A stretch of DNA of 63,859 nt, counting the filler, from Octopus bimaculoides (Eukaryota), in the NCBI RefSeq assembly GCF_001194135.2. It is 6 parts of 6 records of this genome, joined end to end, with 100 filler letters (N's around TTAATTAATTAA, not from the genome) between each part and the next. Parts side by side here need not be neighbours in the genome. Positions count along the whole stretch, not along the records: positions 38,056 to 40,124 come from NW_026332838.1; positions 40,225 to 60,533 come from NC_068984.1; 4 more parts are not named here. One strand, written 5' to 3'. The first letter of the stretch is position 1, and every line of letters starts with the position of its first letter. Below the pieces are notes generated by a model, which saw only the letters and a list, made by a program, of their open reading frames with translations, was not told the DNA's origin and did no database searches. Shown in pieces: positions 38,801-53,527 of this stretch. Both the position numbers and the translations under genes were made by a program.

Positions 38801-39444
38801 ATTATATATATCCAGTGAAGCATACTGGCTTNNNNNNNNNNNNNNNNNNNNNNNNNNNNNNNNNNNNNNNNNNNNNNNNNNNNNNNNNNNNNNNNNNNNN
38901 NNNNNNNNNNNNNNNNNNNNNNNNNNNNNNNNNNNNNNNNNNNNNNNNNNNNNNNNNNNNNNNNNNNNNNNNNNNNNNNNNNNNNNNNNNNNNNNNNNNN
39001 NNNNNNNNNNNNNNNNNNNNNNNNNNNNNNNNNNNNNNNNNNNNNNNNNNNNNNNNNNNNNNNNNNNNNNNNNNNNNNNNNNNNNNNNNNNNNNNNNNNN
39101 NNNNNNNNNNNNNNNNNNNNNNNNNNNNNNNNNNNNNNNNNNNNNNNNNNNNNNNNNNNNNNNNNNNNNNNNNNNNNNNNNNNNNNNNNNNNNNNNNNNN
39201 NNNNNNNNNNNNNNNNNNNNNNNNNNNNNNNNNNNNNNNNNNNNNNNNNNNNNNNNNNNNNNNNNNNNNNNNNNNNNNNNNNNNNNNNNNNNNNNNNNNN
39301 NNNNNNNNNNNNNNNNNNNNNNNNNNNNNNNNNNNNNNNNNNNNNNNNNNNNNNNNNNNNNNNNNNNNNNNNNNNNNNNNNNNNNNNNNNNNNNNNNNNN
39401 NNNNNNNNNNNNNNNNNNNNNNNNNTATATATATATATATATAT

Positions 39445-39663
39445 CATCATCATCATCGTTTATGGTTCATTTTCCATGCTGGCATGGGTTGGACAGTTTG
39501 ACTGAGGTCTGGAGAGCCAACTGCTGCACCAAGCGCCAATCTGATCTGGCAATGTTTCTACAGCTGAATGCCCTTCCTAACGTCAACCACTCCAAGAGTG
39601 TAGTGGGTGTTTTTCATGTGCCACCGGCACAGGAGCCAGTCAGATGGACCTGGCATTGATCAC
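39445..39663 (-). mobile_element. RTE 3' UTR/tail fragment
   Basis: (CAT)n..ttttccatgctggcatgggttggacagtttgac..atgtgccaccggcacaggagccagtc; matches positions 1-45. Confidence 0.8.
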
Positions 39664-40073
39664 TTTTGGATATTACTTTTTTCATATTTATTATCATAAT
39701 TATATATGTATATGTTTAATTTATATCTTTTATCCTTTACTTTCTACTTGTTTCAGTCATTAGATGGTGTCATGCAGGGGCACTACCATCATCTTAGAAA
39801 AATAACATTGAATAATCCAACTAAATACTAAATAAATGGGATTGTCATGTCTGGGATATTGACCAACTGGATCAAGGCTGACCTGAGGCTAAATAATAAC
39901 AAAGGCTCTACACAATATCTTCTTTATTTGATTGAAATTGCATTGTTTTATCTTCAGGTAATTTTTATTTTTAAATTTGGTCTTCATTCTATCAGTCTCT
40001 TTCGCCAAGTTGCTAAGTTACAGGGATATAAATACATCAATGCTAGTTGTGAAGCAGTAGTCTGGCACAAACA

Positions 40074-40107
<34 letters not shown>

Positions 40108-40260
40108 TGCATACACACACATATNNNNNNNNNNNNNNNNNNNNNNNNNNNNNNNNNNNNNNNNNNNNTTAATTAATTAANNNNNNNNNNNNNNNNNNNN
40201 NNNNNNNNNNNNNNNNNNNNNNNNTATGCGTGTGTGTGTCTATGGATGTGTCTTTGTGTG

Positions 40261-40296
<36 letters not shown>

Positions 40297-40326
40297 TGTG
40301 TGTGTCTATGGATGTGTCTTTGTGTG

Positions 40327-40357
<31 letters not shown>

Positions 40358-42093
40358 GCAGTACACACACATACATTATACATACATATCTACAAACATA
40401 CGTCCTTATATTTAAGAATTTAAGTAGTTAAAAATTTCTCTACGCAACCACAAAATTTCTGTTCGACCCACTTCGAAGATAATAAAAACATTTTGTCTCG
40501 TACGTCATACTGTGAGTTAATGTTATTCTCTTTTCACATTTCAGGCAATATAATCATTGTAAATATCGCAATTAAATTTCTTTAAATAAATATAGCCACA
40601 TTTCTAGATACCAAGTGATGCTGAATAAATCCGAAAATCGTACCACATAATTACTTATTTATGACCAGGCAAAATAATCGATGGCGAATTCATTGCATTC
40701 GTCATTCGAAAAACAAATTTATATACAAAAACATCATTGAATGGTTTATTGCTTCTCAAGTTACAACATTTGTAATAATTAGAGCATTATATTGTAATAT
40801 GGCATTGGTATTAATTGTAATATTGAATTACGACGAGAAAATATGATGTGAATTGAATGGGCCTAAATGCAATTTCCTGTTAATTCTTGGCGAATGCTTT
40901 TGCAAGTCAGGATCTGGCGCAATGAACATCGAGATACCCTCGGGTGTAAGATAAGATTATTGCTCTATTTTTCAACGAATCGACTTCTAGTAAGAATTTG
41001 AACATATTTATACATGTAAATAATGCCCAGAATCTATAGTGATCCGGTGGTGCAGTATTTCGGAAATGACGTTTCGTATTTTATTTTGAAAACTTCAGAT
41101 ACGTTCTAAGAAAAATGGCGTTGACTCATAACACACGAAATACAGTAAGTTCATAGTCAAGAAGCACAGAGAACATTTACATCGTTCATCATCTTCCTAA
41201 CTGGTGACTAACATTATGGTGACTAATATTATGGTGACTAACATCCAGTAACATTCAATCCAGCGATGTCAATAGCGTTAAATACATAAACACTGCCTAA
41301 GAATTAACAGATCAGAAGAAAGAGTAGAACATTAGTCCAATAAGTTTATTGCTTCTGCGCATGTTTGTTATTACTAATGCAAACATGAAATGTCTAATAT
41401 AAGTAGTTTCATTATTATAGCTATGAGGCACAGAAATAAAATAAAAAACCGCATAGAAAACAAAATAAATTCCTCAAAGTGGACATCGCAACCCCAAGAA
41501 CGATATATATCAAACTAAAATTTATTGGGTATAGTCGAAAATACACGTTGTCAATAGAAAATGTGGAAAAGATATTAACCTGCAGAATAAACCAAGATCG
41601 GCAAAAATATAGATTAATTAAAGAACATAAAACAAAAGTTTTTGTTAACCAACGAATATAGAAAACATTCAAAACATAATCAAAAGAAAATAAACTCGTA
41701 GAGTGAGATATCGCTTTAAATATTAAGCTTCAATCGCCTTAACACATAGGAATAAACCAATGCAGACTAATAACTATTAAATATAAACCTTAATTATATA
41801 ACATATATATAAACGAATATTTCATCTAGACTCTATAAATAGTATATAATTCACTATAGCAATCGTAGAGAAAATTCATACTAATACACCTAAAACAAGA
41901 AGCAATTAAAACGAATTAAATTAAAACCATCAGAATAGAATATTACTAAATGTCAGGAATTAATCACACTGATGTGCAGATGAATCAATGTAGACCTGTA
42001 GGATCAAATACAAAAGTTTAATTTAGTAAGCATGTCCAAACCACAATTTTCATCTGAAAAGTATGTGCATAATACGAAGTATGTGTATGTGCA

Positions 42094-42124
<31 letters not shown>

Positions 42125-43017
42125 GCGTGAGTGTGTTTTTCTGTCTATACGAAAAATAGTTAATTAAAAGACGCTTTGTAAACTATAATTTATGTATGTT
42201 TTTTTAATTGTCTTATTCGCATTAATGTGTTGCAAACTAGAATGTGGAAGAGAGGAATTATAACGATGCTCAAGAAAATGTAGAAGATTGTTTGATGTTA
42301 AGGTGATTTCAAAACGAATTATTTTGAACAAATTTACTTGAACCTGATATTTAACCGACCTACTTTCTAATTTAACAAGTATTCCGTTTTGCATTTGAGA
42401 AGTGTAGCATTTATTGGTTTAACTGTTGCAGCTGTTAATTATCCTGTAGTGATACTCAAAATACTGAACCCGCTTTTAAAAAAATCACAGAATATATCTA
42501 TAATACACACGCTTTTCCGCGAAACCACGGCACTAACACGTGCTATATGTATCAAGAGAGAAATAGAGGAAGAGAGNNNNNNNNNNNNNNNNNNNNNNNN
42601 NNNNNNNNNNNNNNNNNNNNNNNNNNNNNNNNNNNNNNNNNNNNNNNNNNNNNNNNNNNNNNNNNNNNNNNNNNNNNNNNNNNNNNNNNNNNNNNNNNNN
42701 NNNNNNNNNNNNNNNNNNNNNNNNNNNNNNNNNNNNNNNNNNNNNNNNNNNNNNNNNNNNNNNNNNNNNNNNNNNNNNNNNNNNNNNNNNNNNNNNNNNN
42801 NNNNNNNNNNNNNNNNNNNNNNNNNNNNNNNNNNNNNNNNNNNNNNNNNNNNNNNNNNNNNNNNNNNNNNNNNNNNNNNNNNNNNNNNNNNNNNNNNNNN
42901 NNNNNNNNNNNNNNNNNNNNNNNNNNNNNNNNNNNNNNNNNNNNNNNNNNNNNNNNNNNNNNNNNNNNNNNNNNNNNNNNNNNNNNNNNNNNNNNNNNNN
43001 NNNNNNNNNNNNNNNNN

Positions 43018-43086
43018 CTAACCCTAAACCTAACCCTAACCCTAAACCTAACCCTAACCCTACGGTTAGGGTTAGGGTTAGGGTTA
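43018..43086. repeat. Interstitial telomeric-type repeats in inverted (CCCTAA)n-(TTAGGG)n arrangement
   Basis: CCCTAA/CCTAAA units at 43018-43062, cgg, then TTAGGG x3 at 43066-43083. Confidence 0.9.
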
Positions 43087-45167
43087 AAGCAAATTTAAAA
43101 TGAAAAAAGCAAATAAAACGAAGGTATGGAGATTAAATACGCTTTACATCGCTTAATCAGCCAAAGGAGTAAATATAAACAACTGAATACTTGTCAGTGA
43201 TTGGTTGAAATTATCGAAATAAGACAATTTTTTACATGAAATAAATTCGAATACAAAAATATTTTTCTGTTCTATAACACAAAATAGATAAGTATACGAA
43301 GTTTGAAAGTCTTTCCGTACCAAAAACACTACGTAAAACATTAATGAAAAATGTGGCCCCCGTTTTAAAATAGATCCGAAAATAGGTATATACATAAATT
43401 TCTGAGCACGTGTAAGGAAATGGCTTGCCAGGCTCTAATGACGTACAAAGATAAGATAAAATGTGAAGCCTGAAATTTGACAAGACGTGGTGGCAGTTTA
43501 TATACACATTTATTCTTAGAGTTCTGCATAGCTTTATGAAGAACCTACAGCATTAAGTTATAAGAGCATCGTATTTACTGGAGTTGAAAACCTTAATGAT
43601 TAAACTGATCTATACACTACGACTAAAATGTATGGCGTTGATTCTCCATCACCTCCTCCGAGTTTGTATATAACTGTGATATTAGGTATTAGGGAAATAG
43701 CGTTGATTTGAGTATGAAGCCCTTGATAACAGCTTTTCGAGCAGAATTTGTCAAGAACCGTAGCAAGATGAAACCGAATTCACTGTGATTATGCTATATA
43801 TATATATATATATATATATATCTAAGACGTGTAACACTCGAAGGAGTGATGCAAATGAAATCCACCAATATTTACATGTGTTTGAATAGGTGTATGTATG
43901 CATGTATATATTTGTGGATATTTATTTAGATAAGCGCCCACACAATTATGTACGACTTCTTGGTGTTAGGAATGGGAAATGCTCATCACTGCATAACATT
44001 AAATTATAGCTAGGGCGTATTCTAATACTAATAAATTCTAATTATCATACAGAAAGTGCTCATACGTAAATTTAAGCGTAGACACATAGTAATCATATGG
44101 ATTTAGACATATACAAGTTTATGCGTATTATACTGTGTGCGTGAACATATGTGTATTTGTGTACATTTTACGTGTTTCTCTCTCTCTCTCCGTCCCCGTC
44201 TCTCTCTCCCTCTCCCTCTCTCCATCTCTCTCTCTCTCTGTTTGTGCTTCTATTTGTTGCCGTCGAAAGATTTGTGCATAAGTGTAGGAATGAATGACAT
44301 TATCGACATGGCGCACTTTTGTAAAGAAATATAGCGTTTTAATTATATTCTAGTATATGACAGTGACAAACAAAAACTTATATATCATCGAACAATGAAA
44401 AGAAGCATCGACACTGAAGAATTGATCTAAGGACATTGTGAGATATAGCTCTAAGTAACGAAGTATGTTTATTCATACGCACTTCACTAACTGTTTGTTG
44501 ACCGCGCTTAAAGAGTACAAACATGATATGATTCGGTGCTATGAACGGCGGGCATTGAGATAGAATAGAAAAACATGAGATTGGGAGACAGAGAGAAAGA
44601 AAGAAAGAAGACAAAGAGAAAGAGGAAGAGAATTAAAGGGGAGGGTTTGATATTGAGAATGATATGAGAATACTACGGCTGTGACTACCAAAGAGATCAA
44701 AAACTAAAAACACGGATAAAAAAGATACAAACCAGACCGATATACCGATCACATTCAAACTGAGAGACAGAGAGATAGAGAGAAGAGGTAGAGAGGGAGA
44801 GAGGGGCAGAGAGAGGGAGAGAAGGAAAGAGAGTGAGGTAAAATAGAAGTAGCTTTAGAAATGAGTATAGCTAAAATATAAAACTTCTGTAAAGACAAAC
44901 CAAGTATGTTTATAAATGATTTTTCATACACATACATACACACACACGCGCGCGCATGTATATATAAATAGATAAACATGCATGTATATATACACATACA
45001 TATATGTATGTATGTAAACATACATATGTAGTTATATATATATATACATATATACATGTATATATACGTATATTTATATATGTATGTGTGTGTGTATACA
45101 TACATATATATGTATATATATATATGTAGACATATTTATACATTTCTCTCTCTCTCTCTCTCTCTCA

Positions 45168-45240
<73 letters not shown>

Positions 45241-45332
45241 TACATTATACACNNNNNNNNNNNNNNNNNNNNNNNNNNNNNNNNNNNNNNNNNNNNNNNN
45301 NNNNNNNNNNNNNNNNNNNNNNNNNNNNNNNN

Positions 45333-45373
<41 letters not shown>

Positions 45374-47116
45374 GAGAGAGAGAGAGACATACAGACAGAC
45401 AATCAGATAGGCAGACAGACAGATAGACAGAAAGAAAGACTGACAGAAAGACTAGGAGTGACAGAGAGAGAGAAGCAAACGTATTTGTTTATATATGTTA
45501 TAAACATTTAGACAGAAACCAAAACTTAGAAATCAAACACACACTGTACTTAAATGTTTGCGAAGAGAAATATGCATTGTGTGAGATACAACGATATAGA
45601 TGAAAGCTCACATCGATAAGAGAAGAAAGATAAATAAACGAAATCAAAAAGACAAGCAAAACAGCTTGATAGGAGAGATTTACGCGAAGAAGCATACAGT
45701 GAATTTATAAAGAAGGTGAGTATGGTAACGTGTGCGATAGGCGGGAGTATTGTATTTAAAATGTATGAAGCGGAAGTGCATGTTTATTTAACATTAACAC
45801 ATTAACGTTGATGAAACTAAAAAGAGAGATTATAGAACTAAAACAAAAGCGGGGAGAAAAAAAATAAAAAAACCAGGTCGATCGCAAAACGAGGACATTG
45901 AAAGGATAATGTCTGCTGTACGTAATATTGTTATGATTGGTAGAATTAACAGGAAGAGCTTGGTAGCGAATATGGAAGAGAAGAGAAAATACCGGAAATG
46001 ACACACACCATTAAGGTAGAAAGTTTTCTGTCAATTAATATCAAAAGAATTTTTGGCTCAACGCTAACACGAATCACTCATTGTGGTTTTCTAGGAAGCA
46101 CAAGCACTTCGAATTGGAACTATGCCAATAAAATACATATAACTATTTGTCTATCTCACCCTCCCTTTCTTTCTCTTCCTCGATATGTATGTATATACAC
46201 ATACATACATGCCTATATAGATGCACATATACATGAATCTATCGATCTATATCTATCCATATATATATATGTGTGTGTATATATATATACTCATAAGTTA
46301 AGTTAATAATCATAAAAAATGATTATATCAATGACCTAGCGTATAAAATTGACCGTAATGGTAAAATTAGTTTTTAAGTATATAATTATTAAAATATAAT
46401 CATAATTAAGGGTTCTGGAATGCCAGCGCCTACGCTAGAATTAGATGTCAAATGCCAACAATCCACTCTAACTTTATTCCCTATATATAAACCACAGGTT
46501 GAATGCGAGGAAATGAGCAAGATGATTTATATAATTTCTGATAAATCTATTGCTCTGGAATAAAAATAATGTTATACGTAGGAAATACCAAAGATAAGCA
46601 TCTCTGGATGGATTTAGTTTTAAAACCGCATAGGTTTTTAAAAGAAAAATCCGGAGTCTTGAATTTACGCATACAATTTGATCCTTAATTATTACATATT
46701 GCTAAAATTTTATTAGCAACTAATTCCAAACATCATATACAATCTTAAGCGCATCGGGTGTATGTTACCTTTTAATATACGAACAGTATGTTTACCTTGT
46801 TAATGTTATTCATCCGAAGACATTAGTATATTTACTCATATATTTCTGACCTTTCACATATTAGTGTGCATATTCACGTTCGTTCCTCTTATCATATTTT
46901 CATTTCTATATGTCATAATCAAAGAGAATGCCACCGATATTCTGTGTTGTAAACCTACGTCATAAGTTTAAATGCCGGCGATGTCACCTTTGCCGTTCAA
47001 ACATCCGCTTGTCAATAAGCTATATTATCAATCCGCTACTCTATTCCAAGCGGTTCACTCTCCCTGTCACATATTTGAACTCTTACCTATATTATTATTG
47101 TTATTATTATTATTAC

Positions 47117-47193
<77 letters not shown>

Positions 47194-47440
47194 ACAGAGG
47201 AGGTAGTAACAGTAGTACCAGTAACAATAATAAATGTAATAGTACCGTGTTGTATAAAGTGTTCTATTCATCAGTAGGGAAGCTTTAACCGTATAGTGTT
47301 TTGGTCTATACAGATTATTGGGACAGGGGTATTTCTCCAACCCGATACTGGAATGATGTGTTTCTTCAAAACGCTCACGCAAAAGAGCGTTTTGAAGTAA
47401 ACTATCGTGTGAATGTGTGTCGATGTGTGTATATGCATAA

Positions 47441-47477
<37 letters not shown>

Positions 47478-47530
47478 CGCCTACGCAGAAACGGCCCATC
47501 ACGCACACGCACATCATGTATATATATATA

Positions 47531-47744
47531 TACTCTTACTCTTTTACTCTTTTACATGTTTCAGTCATTTGACTGCGGCCATGCTGGAGCACCGCCTTTA
47601 GTCGAGCAAATCGACCCCAGGACTTATTCTTTGTAAGCCTAGTACTTATTCTATCGGTCTCTTAGGCCGAACTGCTAGGGTACGGGGACGTAAACACACC
47701 AACATCGCTTGTCAAATGAGGTTGGGGGCACAAACACAGACAAA

Positions 47745-47830
<86 letters not shown>

Positions 47831-47939
47831 TACGACGGGCTTCTTTCAGCTTCTGTCTACCAAAACCACTCACAAGGCTTTGGTCGGCCCCAGGCTATAG
47901 GTGAAGGCACTTGCCGAAGGTGCCGCGTAGTGGGACTGA
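47531..47939 (-). mobile_element. SINE family 2, CpG-intact copy lacking the extreme 5' head
   Basis: Near-identical to 7848-8270. Confidence 0.88.
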
Positions 47940-49399
47940 GAATACAGACAGCTAATATATGATATGCATATTTATTGAGGCTAACAGTTATTTCTGATAA
48001 GCGTGGGAAGGAGTTAGTTCCATAGGTCAATTTCATTGATCCATTGATCTATGGTCAATCGACTGAAAAATTGGAGAACAAATCACCCTCTGTTATCCTC
48101 TTCAGAGCCTCAGTGAATTGATTGTCACGAGAAAGAAATTTGATTAGGATGGTATCATTTGAAATCTAAGTCTTCCCCTTTGAGAAATTCAGCATCAATC
48201 TCGACATTTATTTGCTAGCCTCATCCATTATTATCTGCAGAGCACTCATGAGTTATTTCGACTGGATTACTAATCCCTTATTAATCCCTCTTTGATGTTT
48301 GTGTGTGTATGTGTGTGAATATGTGTGTGTGTGTGCCTTTGTGTGTGTGCATATATACAGTGCAAGGGTTTCCACATAGCCCTTGATATTTATATTCGAT
48401 CTCACTTATGATAGTATACACGTAAAATAATCTTTATGCATCTTGCACTCTTGTGAGAATCTCCAATGTCATTATTTCAATTAGAAAAAATATAGAATAT
48501 TTTTCAGAACAAAAGGAAAGATTTTTCTTTGTGGCTCGGATATTTTTGAAAAAATTTGTAGAAACTTTGGGAAAATTTGAGGAGAAATTCCAAAAAGACC
48601 GAAACATACCACTTTTGTAAACATAACTAAAATAATTAGCAATATATTATACTAATAAAAGATACTAAGTCCAAAATCAACAACTCTCTAGAATTTAGAC
48701 CTTAGCTGAAACTTTCAGGTCTACTCTGTTTGCAATAACTAAATTCGGTTTAGGCTCATTAATTCGTCTACAATTGCACCACTTGTCTTTTTAAGGCTAA
48801 TTTCCATTGCCGTTAATTCTGAGATAACTGGGGCTATAGTTTCAACTAATTACCGTTTAATTGCCGCTCGTCACCTCATTTCTTACAGTCTTCACTTTAT
48901 ATGTTCCATGCTCGAATTTCCTTTAAAATACTTTAATTGTCGTTGATTTAAGCTTCCTATTTTGTGTTATACACTCACGCACAGTCACACAATTACACAA
49001 AATCTTATGAACCTTCCAAGTACTTGACTGAAATATGCTTATTTCAGTTAAGTTTGCTTCGCTAAGTATGTGCACTAATATATAAACCAGTCCATCGAAA
49101 CCGAATGAGCTGCCAAAGATCACTTCCACAACACCTGCACATTCTCATTTCACATATATGTCGGTTTATTGTAATTTCAAGGGTTATATTATTTACGTAA
49201 GTCTGAATATAGTTTATGACTTCTAATGATATTTTCACTTTCGTGAGAGTTAATTAAGAATTTTAGAGTTACAATTATTTCAGAATTATTTTCTGTTCAC
49301 CATTTGCAGTATGGTAACCTGCTTGTAAATTTATCGTTTTTTTCTTACCAACAAAGCATTCTTTAGAAGTCTTTTACCGAATTCATTTTAATTTGCCTA

Positions 49400-50545
49400 G
49401 TCACCGAAGAACATTCCAGCACAAATCTATAGCTATTAATAATTATGAAGTTGTTTCGTTGATATTCTAGGTGTCTTAACTTTTATCCCTTAAGAGAACC
49501 TGTTTCATCACACCGTTAACTTTAATGACATTTTCAAAGTCATTTACAATTTCAATGAATACAAAATGTGTTTCACCTGCACAATTTTGGAGTAGCCTGC
49601 ACTTAGGTTTAGTTCTTCTTAGACAAAGCGCCTTTGGGAAATTTTCCAATATCATTATTTTAATTTTCTTAATCACATAGGCTTCTCCACTCAAAGATAT
49701 AATTATGTTAGTTCTTGGCAACCACTGAGTCGAATGCGGTTCACTGAGCATGTCCAGCAATACCAAAACACATCCGGTGTTGTCACAAAGGCTGCCAAAA
49801 ATTAGACATACTTGCCTCTCCTACACGTATATCCATTAAACATAAGATTGATTGGAACATCGGAGGAGCTTCTGTCTCGTCTATTCAGTGATTAATTTTC
49901 CTTCGCTCTAATTTTCGTTTTTTTTTTGTTTCTTTTTTTTTTTGTCATGAAAGTTTCAACAAGTAAAAATATTTTCGCCTCAGAATACGAGTACAACTGA
50001 TTGCAAAATACTATGTTGTTCGTCCGGAATTTTCTTCTTGTGAGATGTTGCTATGTCTTTATTATCATTTATCTAGTAAACCATAGTCATTTTCACTAAA
50101 GAAATTCCTATTAGTCGTTCTATAATCTTCACATTATTTGAGAGGATTCTGTGGTGAATTGTTACAGAAATATTTTTGTTACATTCATCAGACCCAGCTC
50201 TGGAATACATATCTGCGTTTACTTTTCATTTTATTGAACTTCCTAAAAGATCTAAATTCTGCATTTTGACAATTTCAATTATAGAAAAGAAGCGCGTTTT
50301 CCCCCAAAACCAGAAGTATGTTAACCTGAAATTAACTAAATATTCTTCAAATAGAAGCAACCGAAGAAAAATTTCAATGTTATTCAATTTGTTAACTTAA
50401 CGAATGATTTTCACACAAAATGTATTTGTCTTATTCATTACGAGGGAATCGATGTTATTGAGTTCAATAGGCTTCTCCGAAGATGACCATCACGATTAAA
50501 GTTTCTCGTTTCCAATCAGAAATTACACCTCCAACAATATATCAC
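49400..50545 (-). mobile_element. Probable ancient CR1/L2-type LINE RT remnant
   Basis: Heavily decayed minus-strand patches appear in CR1 order: GVISDWKRE, NNIDSLVMNKTN, EIVKMQNLDLLG, CWNVLR. Recognised by eye only. Confidence 0.35.
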
Positions 50546-50551
50546 CATTTA

Positions 50552-50752
50552 AGGGTAGCGAGCTGGCACAATTGTTAGCACGCTGGGTGAGATGCTTAGC
50601 GGTATTTCGTATGTCTTTACGTTCTCAGTTCAAATTCCGCCGATGTCGACTTTGCTTTCATCTTTTAAGGGTCAATAAATTAAGTACTGGTTGCGTACTG
50701 GCACCCTCCCCAAAAATTTCGGGCATTGTGCGTAAAGTAGAAAAGAATATAT
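50552..50752 (+). mobile_element. SINE family 3
   Basis: gggtagcgagctggcacaattgttagcacgctggg..cagttcaaattccgccgatgtcgactttgc..aaaatttcgggcattgtgcg. Confidence 0.85.
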
Positions 50753-52171
50753 TACCATTCAAGTGTTGGTTTATTGTATTTCGGGTGTTCAATCCCTAGT
50801 CGGTTCAGAAAATAATTTTGATTAATATTTATATGATTTTATGTCATTTCAGTTACCATGATTTAATCTAGTTAAACTTTATTTTCAGCTTACCACCTCT
50901 GTTTCGATATTCACTTGCCAATATTTCAAGTTTTTTTCATAAATTCGTTCCCACTCAGGATTGAATTTCCAATCACACCAACAGAAATTACTATTCTTAT
51001 TATAGTCTCTCTTGAATATCTGCAGGCTTCCAATCACTATGCCTCTCTATGGGGATTTCCTGTCACGCGGAAACATACACGCAATTGCTATCATGGTTAC
51101 CAACGGTTATATTCGCCTCTCATCCTGGATATTTCCAATCGGTAGTATGCTATTAAAATCCCAGGACTCCCGAGTCTTGATCTATCTCAAAATATATTTC
51201 GTTAAGTTGAATAATTTGCTCATAGACTCATTTCACCAGTATTTGGTTCACTAAACAATATATTCTTTATATATAAGTTTCCTTGGATACATTTTTAATA
51301 TAATTTCCATAGCATCATGGTAAACATTCTTTGCCAGTGTTTGATTTACACACAACAAATCAAATTAGTGACAAATTCTTTTAATAGTTTTCATATATTC
51401 AATGACATTATGTGTACTAAAACTTGCTGATGATGTCCAATATAACTGAACAGAACTGGGGTTGTCACCATGTGTTTCATATTCAGATTCTGTTTCGCAA
51501 ATTCTGTAATATTTTCTCTTTTCTTTTTTTTTTTTTCTTCTTGCAACTCATTTTCAGTAACGTTAATAATTATCTTTCCGCAATAAAGTTATGATTGTAA
51601 TATATTCAATATTATTTCTATTTACCATCTCATGAAAGAGGTGGCCTGTACTTAACTATACATTTCACACGACATGTAGAAGCCCTTGAGAAGAGCCTCC
51701 AAAGTCATTATTTGAATGTAGCTAATTAGTAAATATTTTCTCCGCCCACACAACAAAAGGCATGTAAATTGTTGTCGTTTCCAGAACTTGGCACTCTTTC
51801 AGTGGCTTATTAAGGAATAAACTAAAACCTCAGCATAAATTGATTTGTAAGCATCAATGACAAATTAGGAATTGTTTGCTACACGTCTATTAAATTTTCG
51901 CTTATCGAAATTTAAGTCTTCGTCCTTCAAAGAATGATTCCCATCCCCACTAACAGCATTGGACTCATTAGTGCTATAATTTAAATTAACTAACAATTAT
52001 TTTCGATTCTCATCTTCACTTGTGTTCATATGTTCATCTGCACATAGATATCTCGTTTTTTCCCCTCAGGCTATACCTTCTGCAATTTTTTTTCATTGTT
52101 CTTTCTCTAACTTGATTAAACAGCGAATGTCCTTCTTAATTGAATCTCTCTATATAATACTCTTTCTGAAA

Positions 52172-52392
52172 TACTAATTTCAAACTTTGGCACAAGATCA
52201 GCAATTTCGGGATTTGTGTGAATAAGTCGGTTACATTGATCAACAGTGTTTAACTGTTATTATTCTATCGATCCCGAAGGGATGAAAGGCAGAGTCGGCC
52301 TCGACTGCATTTGAACTCAGATTGTTAAGACGGACGAGATGCCGCTAAGCATTTTAACCGACGTGCTAACACACCGGCCATCTCGCCGCCTT
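52172..52392 (-). mobile_element. SINE family 3
   Basis: Plus strand cgatcccgaagggatgaaaggcagagtcggcctcgactgcatttgaactcag..tctcgccgcctt. Confidence 0.85.
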
Positions 52393-52974
52393 GCAGTCTT
52401 TCTGAAATATTGGCAGCCATTGATTGTACGAAGCATCATTGAGGAACACAAATACAGATAATTGCGAAGTGTACCCGGTATCACAAGCATCACTAAAAGT
52501 ATATCGGACCATCTGCTTCCTGTCCCGATTTTAATTTTGGCTGATTAATATTTTGGAGTTCACTTCCATCATCTGGGACAAATAATAATTATGACGGTAT
52601 TGTTCGACATTGTTATGGGTTTAAAATTTGATATATTTTCAACATACCACATTAATAATGGTAGTCTTAGAGAAAATGTGTGTATAGGTACATGTGTGTG
52701 TGTGTGTATGTGTGAGTGTGTGTGCGTGTGCGTGTGTGACAATATGTGTCAGATTCTACCGAGTTAAATTGGCAACTGGATTGACGGTACCTACAATTAA
52801 AAGGACTATTTTTGTCACACATTTTGCTGTGCTGATTCTTTCTAATGACTAAATTACGAGTACACACCTCCGTGGAATACGCAGGCATTTACAGTGTAAT
52901 ATAGCTGATCAAATTAATCAAGAAACTAAACACTTATTGTCGGTACCGATGCAGATAATTACGTAATTCATTCT

Positions 52975-53283
52975 CTTCTTTGATGTGTTGTTTCAGTCAT
53001 TAGATTGAAGCCATGCCGGAGCACATCCACGAGGGCTTTTAGTTGAAAACATCAGTTGTAGTGCATTTTATGTTTGCAACTCGTCCTAATTCTATTATTC
53101 TCTTACGCTGAACCGCTAAGTTACGGACAGGCAAACACATCTGCAACCGCTGTCAAGCAGTTTGAAAGGCATAAATAGACACTAAGACATACACACACAC
53201 AATCACGCACGCAGATACAAACATATATACACACACGGTCGCACACAGAGACACATAGACACAGACACATAGACACAGACACA

Positions 53284-53359
<76 letters not shown>

Positions 53360-53527
53360 CATGGGAGGCTTCCACTAAGTTTCCATGTAACAAATTCACT
53401 GACAAAGCATTGGTCGACTCGGAGCTATAGTAGGGAACACTTGCCTAACGTGTCTAATGTGTTACTCAGTGGGATTGAACCACAAATCACGTGATTGCAA
53501 AGCAACCGTCTACAGTCACTCAGTCAT
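52975..53527 (-). mobile_element. SINE family 2, diverged copy
   Basis: gtttcagtcattagattgaagccatgccggagca..gaaccgctaagttacgg..gcattggtcgactcggagctatag..gggattgaacc. Confidence 0.75.

Noticed and set aside
40225-40358. Tandem ~67-bp duplication
   Set aside because: It is microsatellite-based and adjacent to a gap; slippage or assembly artefact with no functional signal.
43018-43086. Interpretation as an ancestral telomere-telomere fusion site or true chromosome end
   Set aside because: The repeat polarity is opposite to a fusion, and ordinary sequence continues on both sides.
46928-47149. ORF containing IINPLLYS (GPCR NPxxY-like)
   Set aside because: No hydrophobic helix precedes it, there is no convincing splice context, and the ORF runs into (TAT)n. 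Likely chance.
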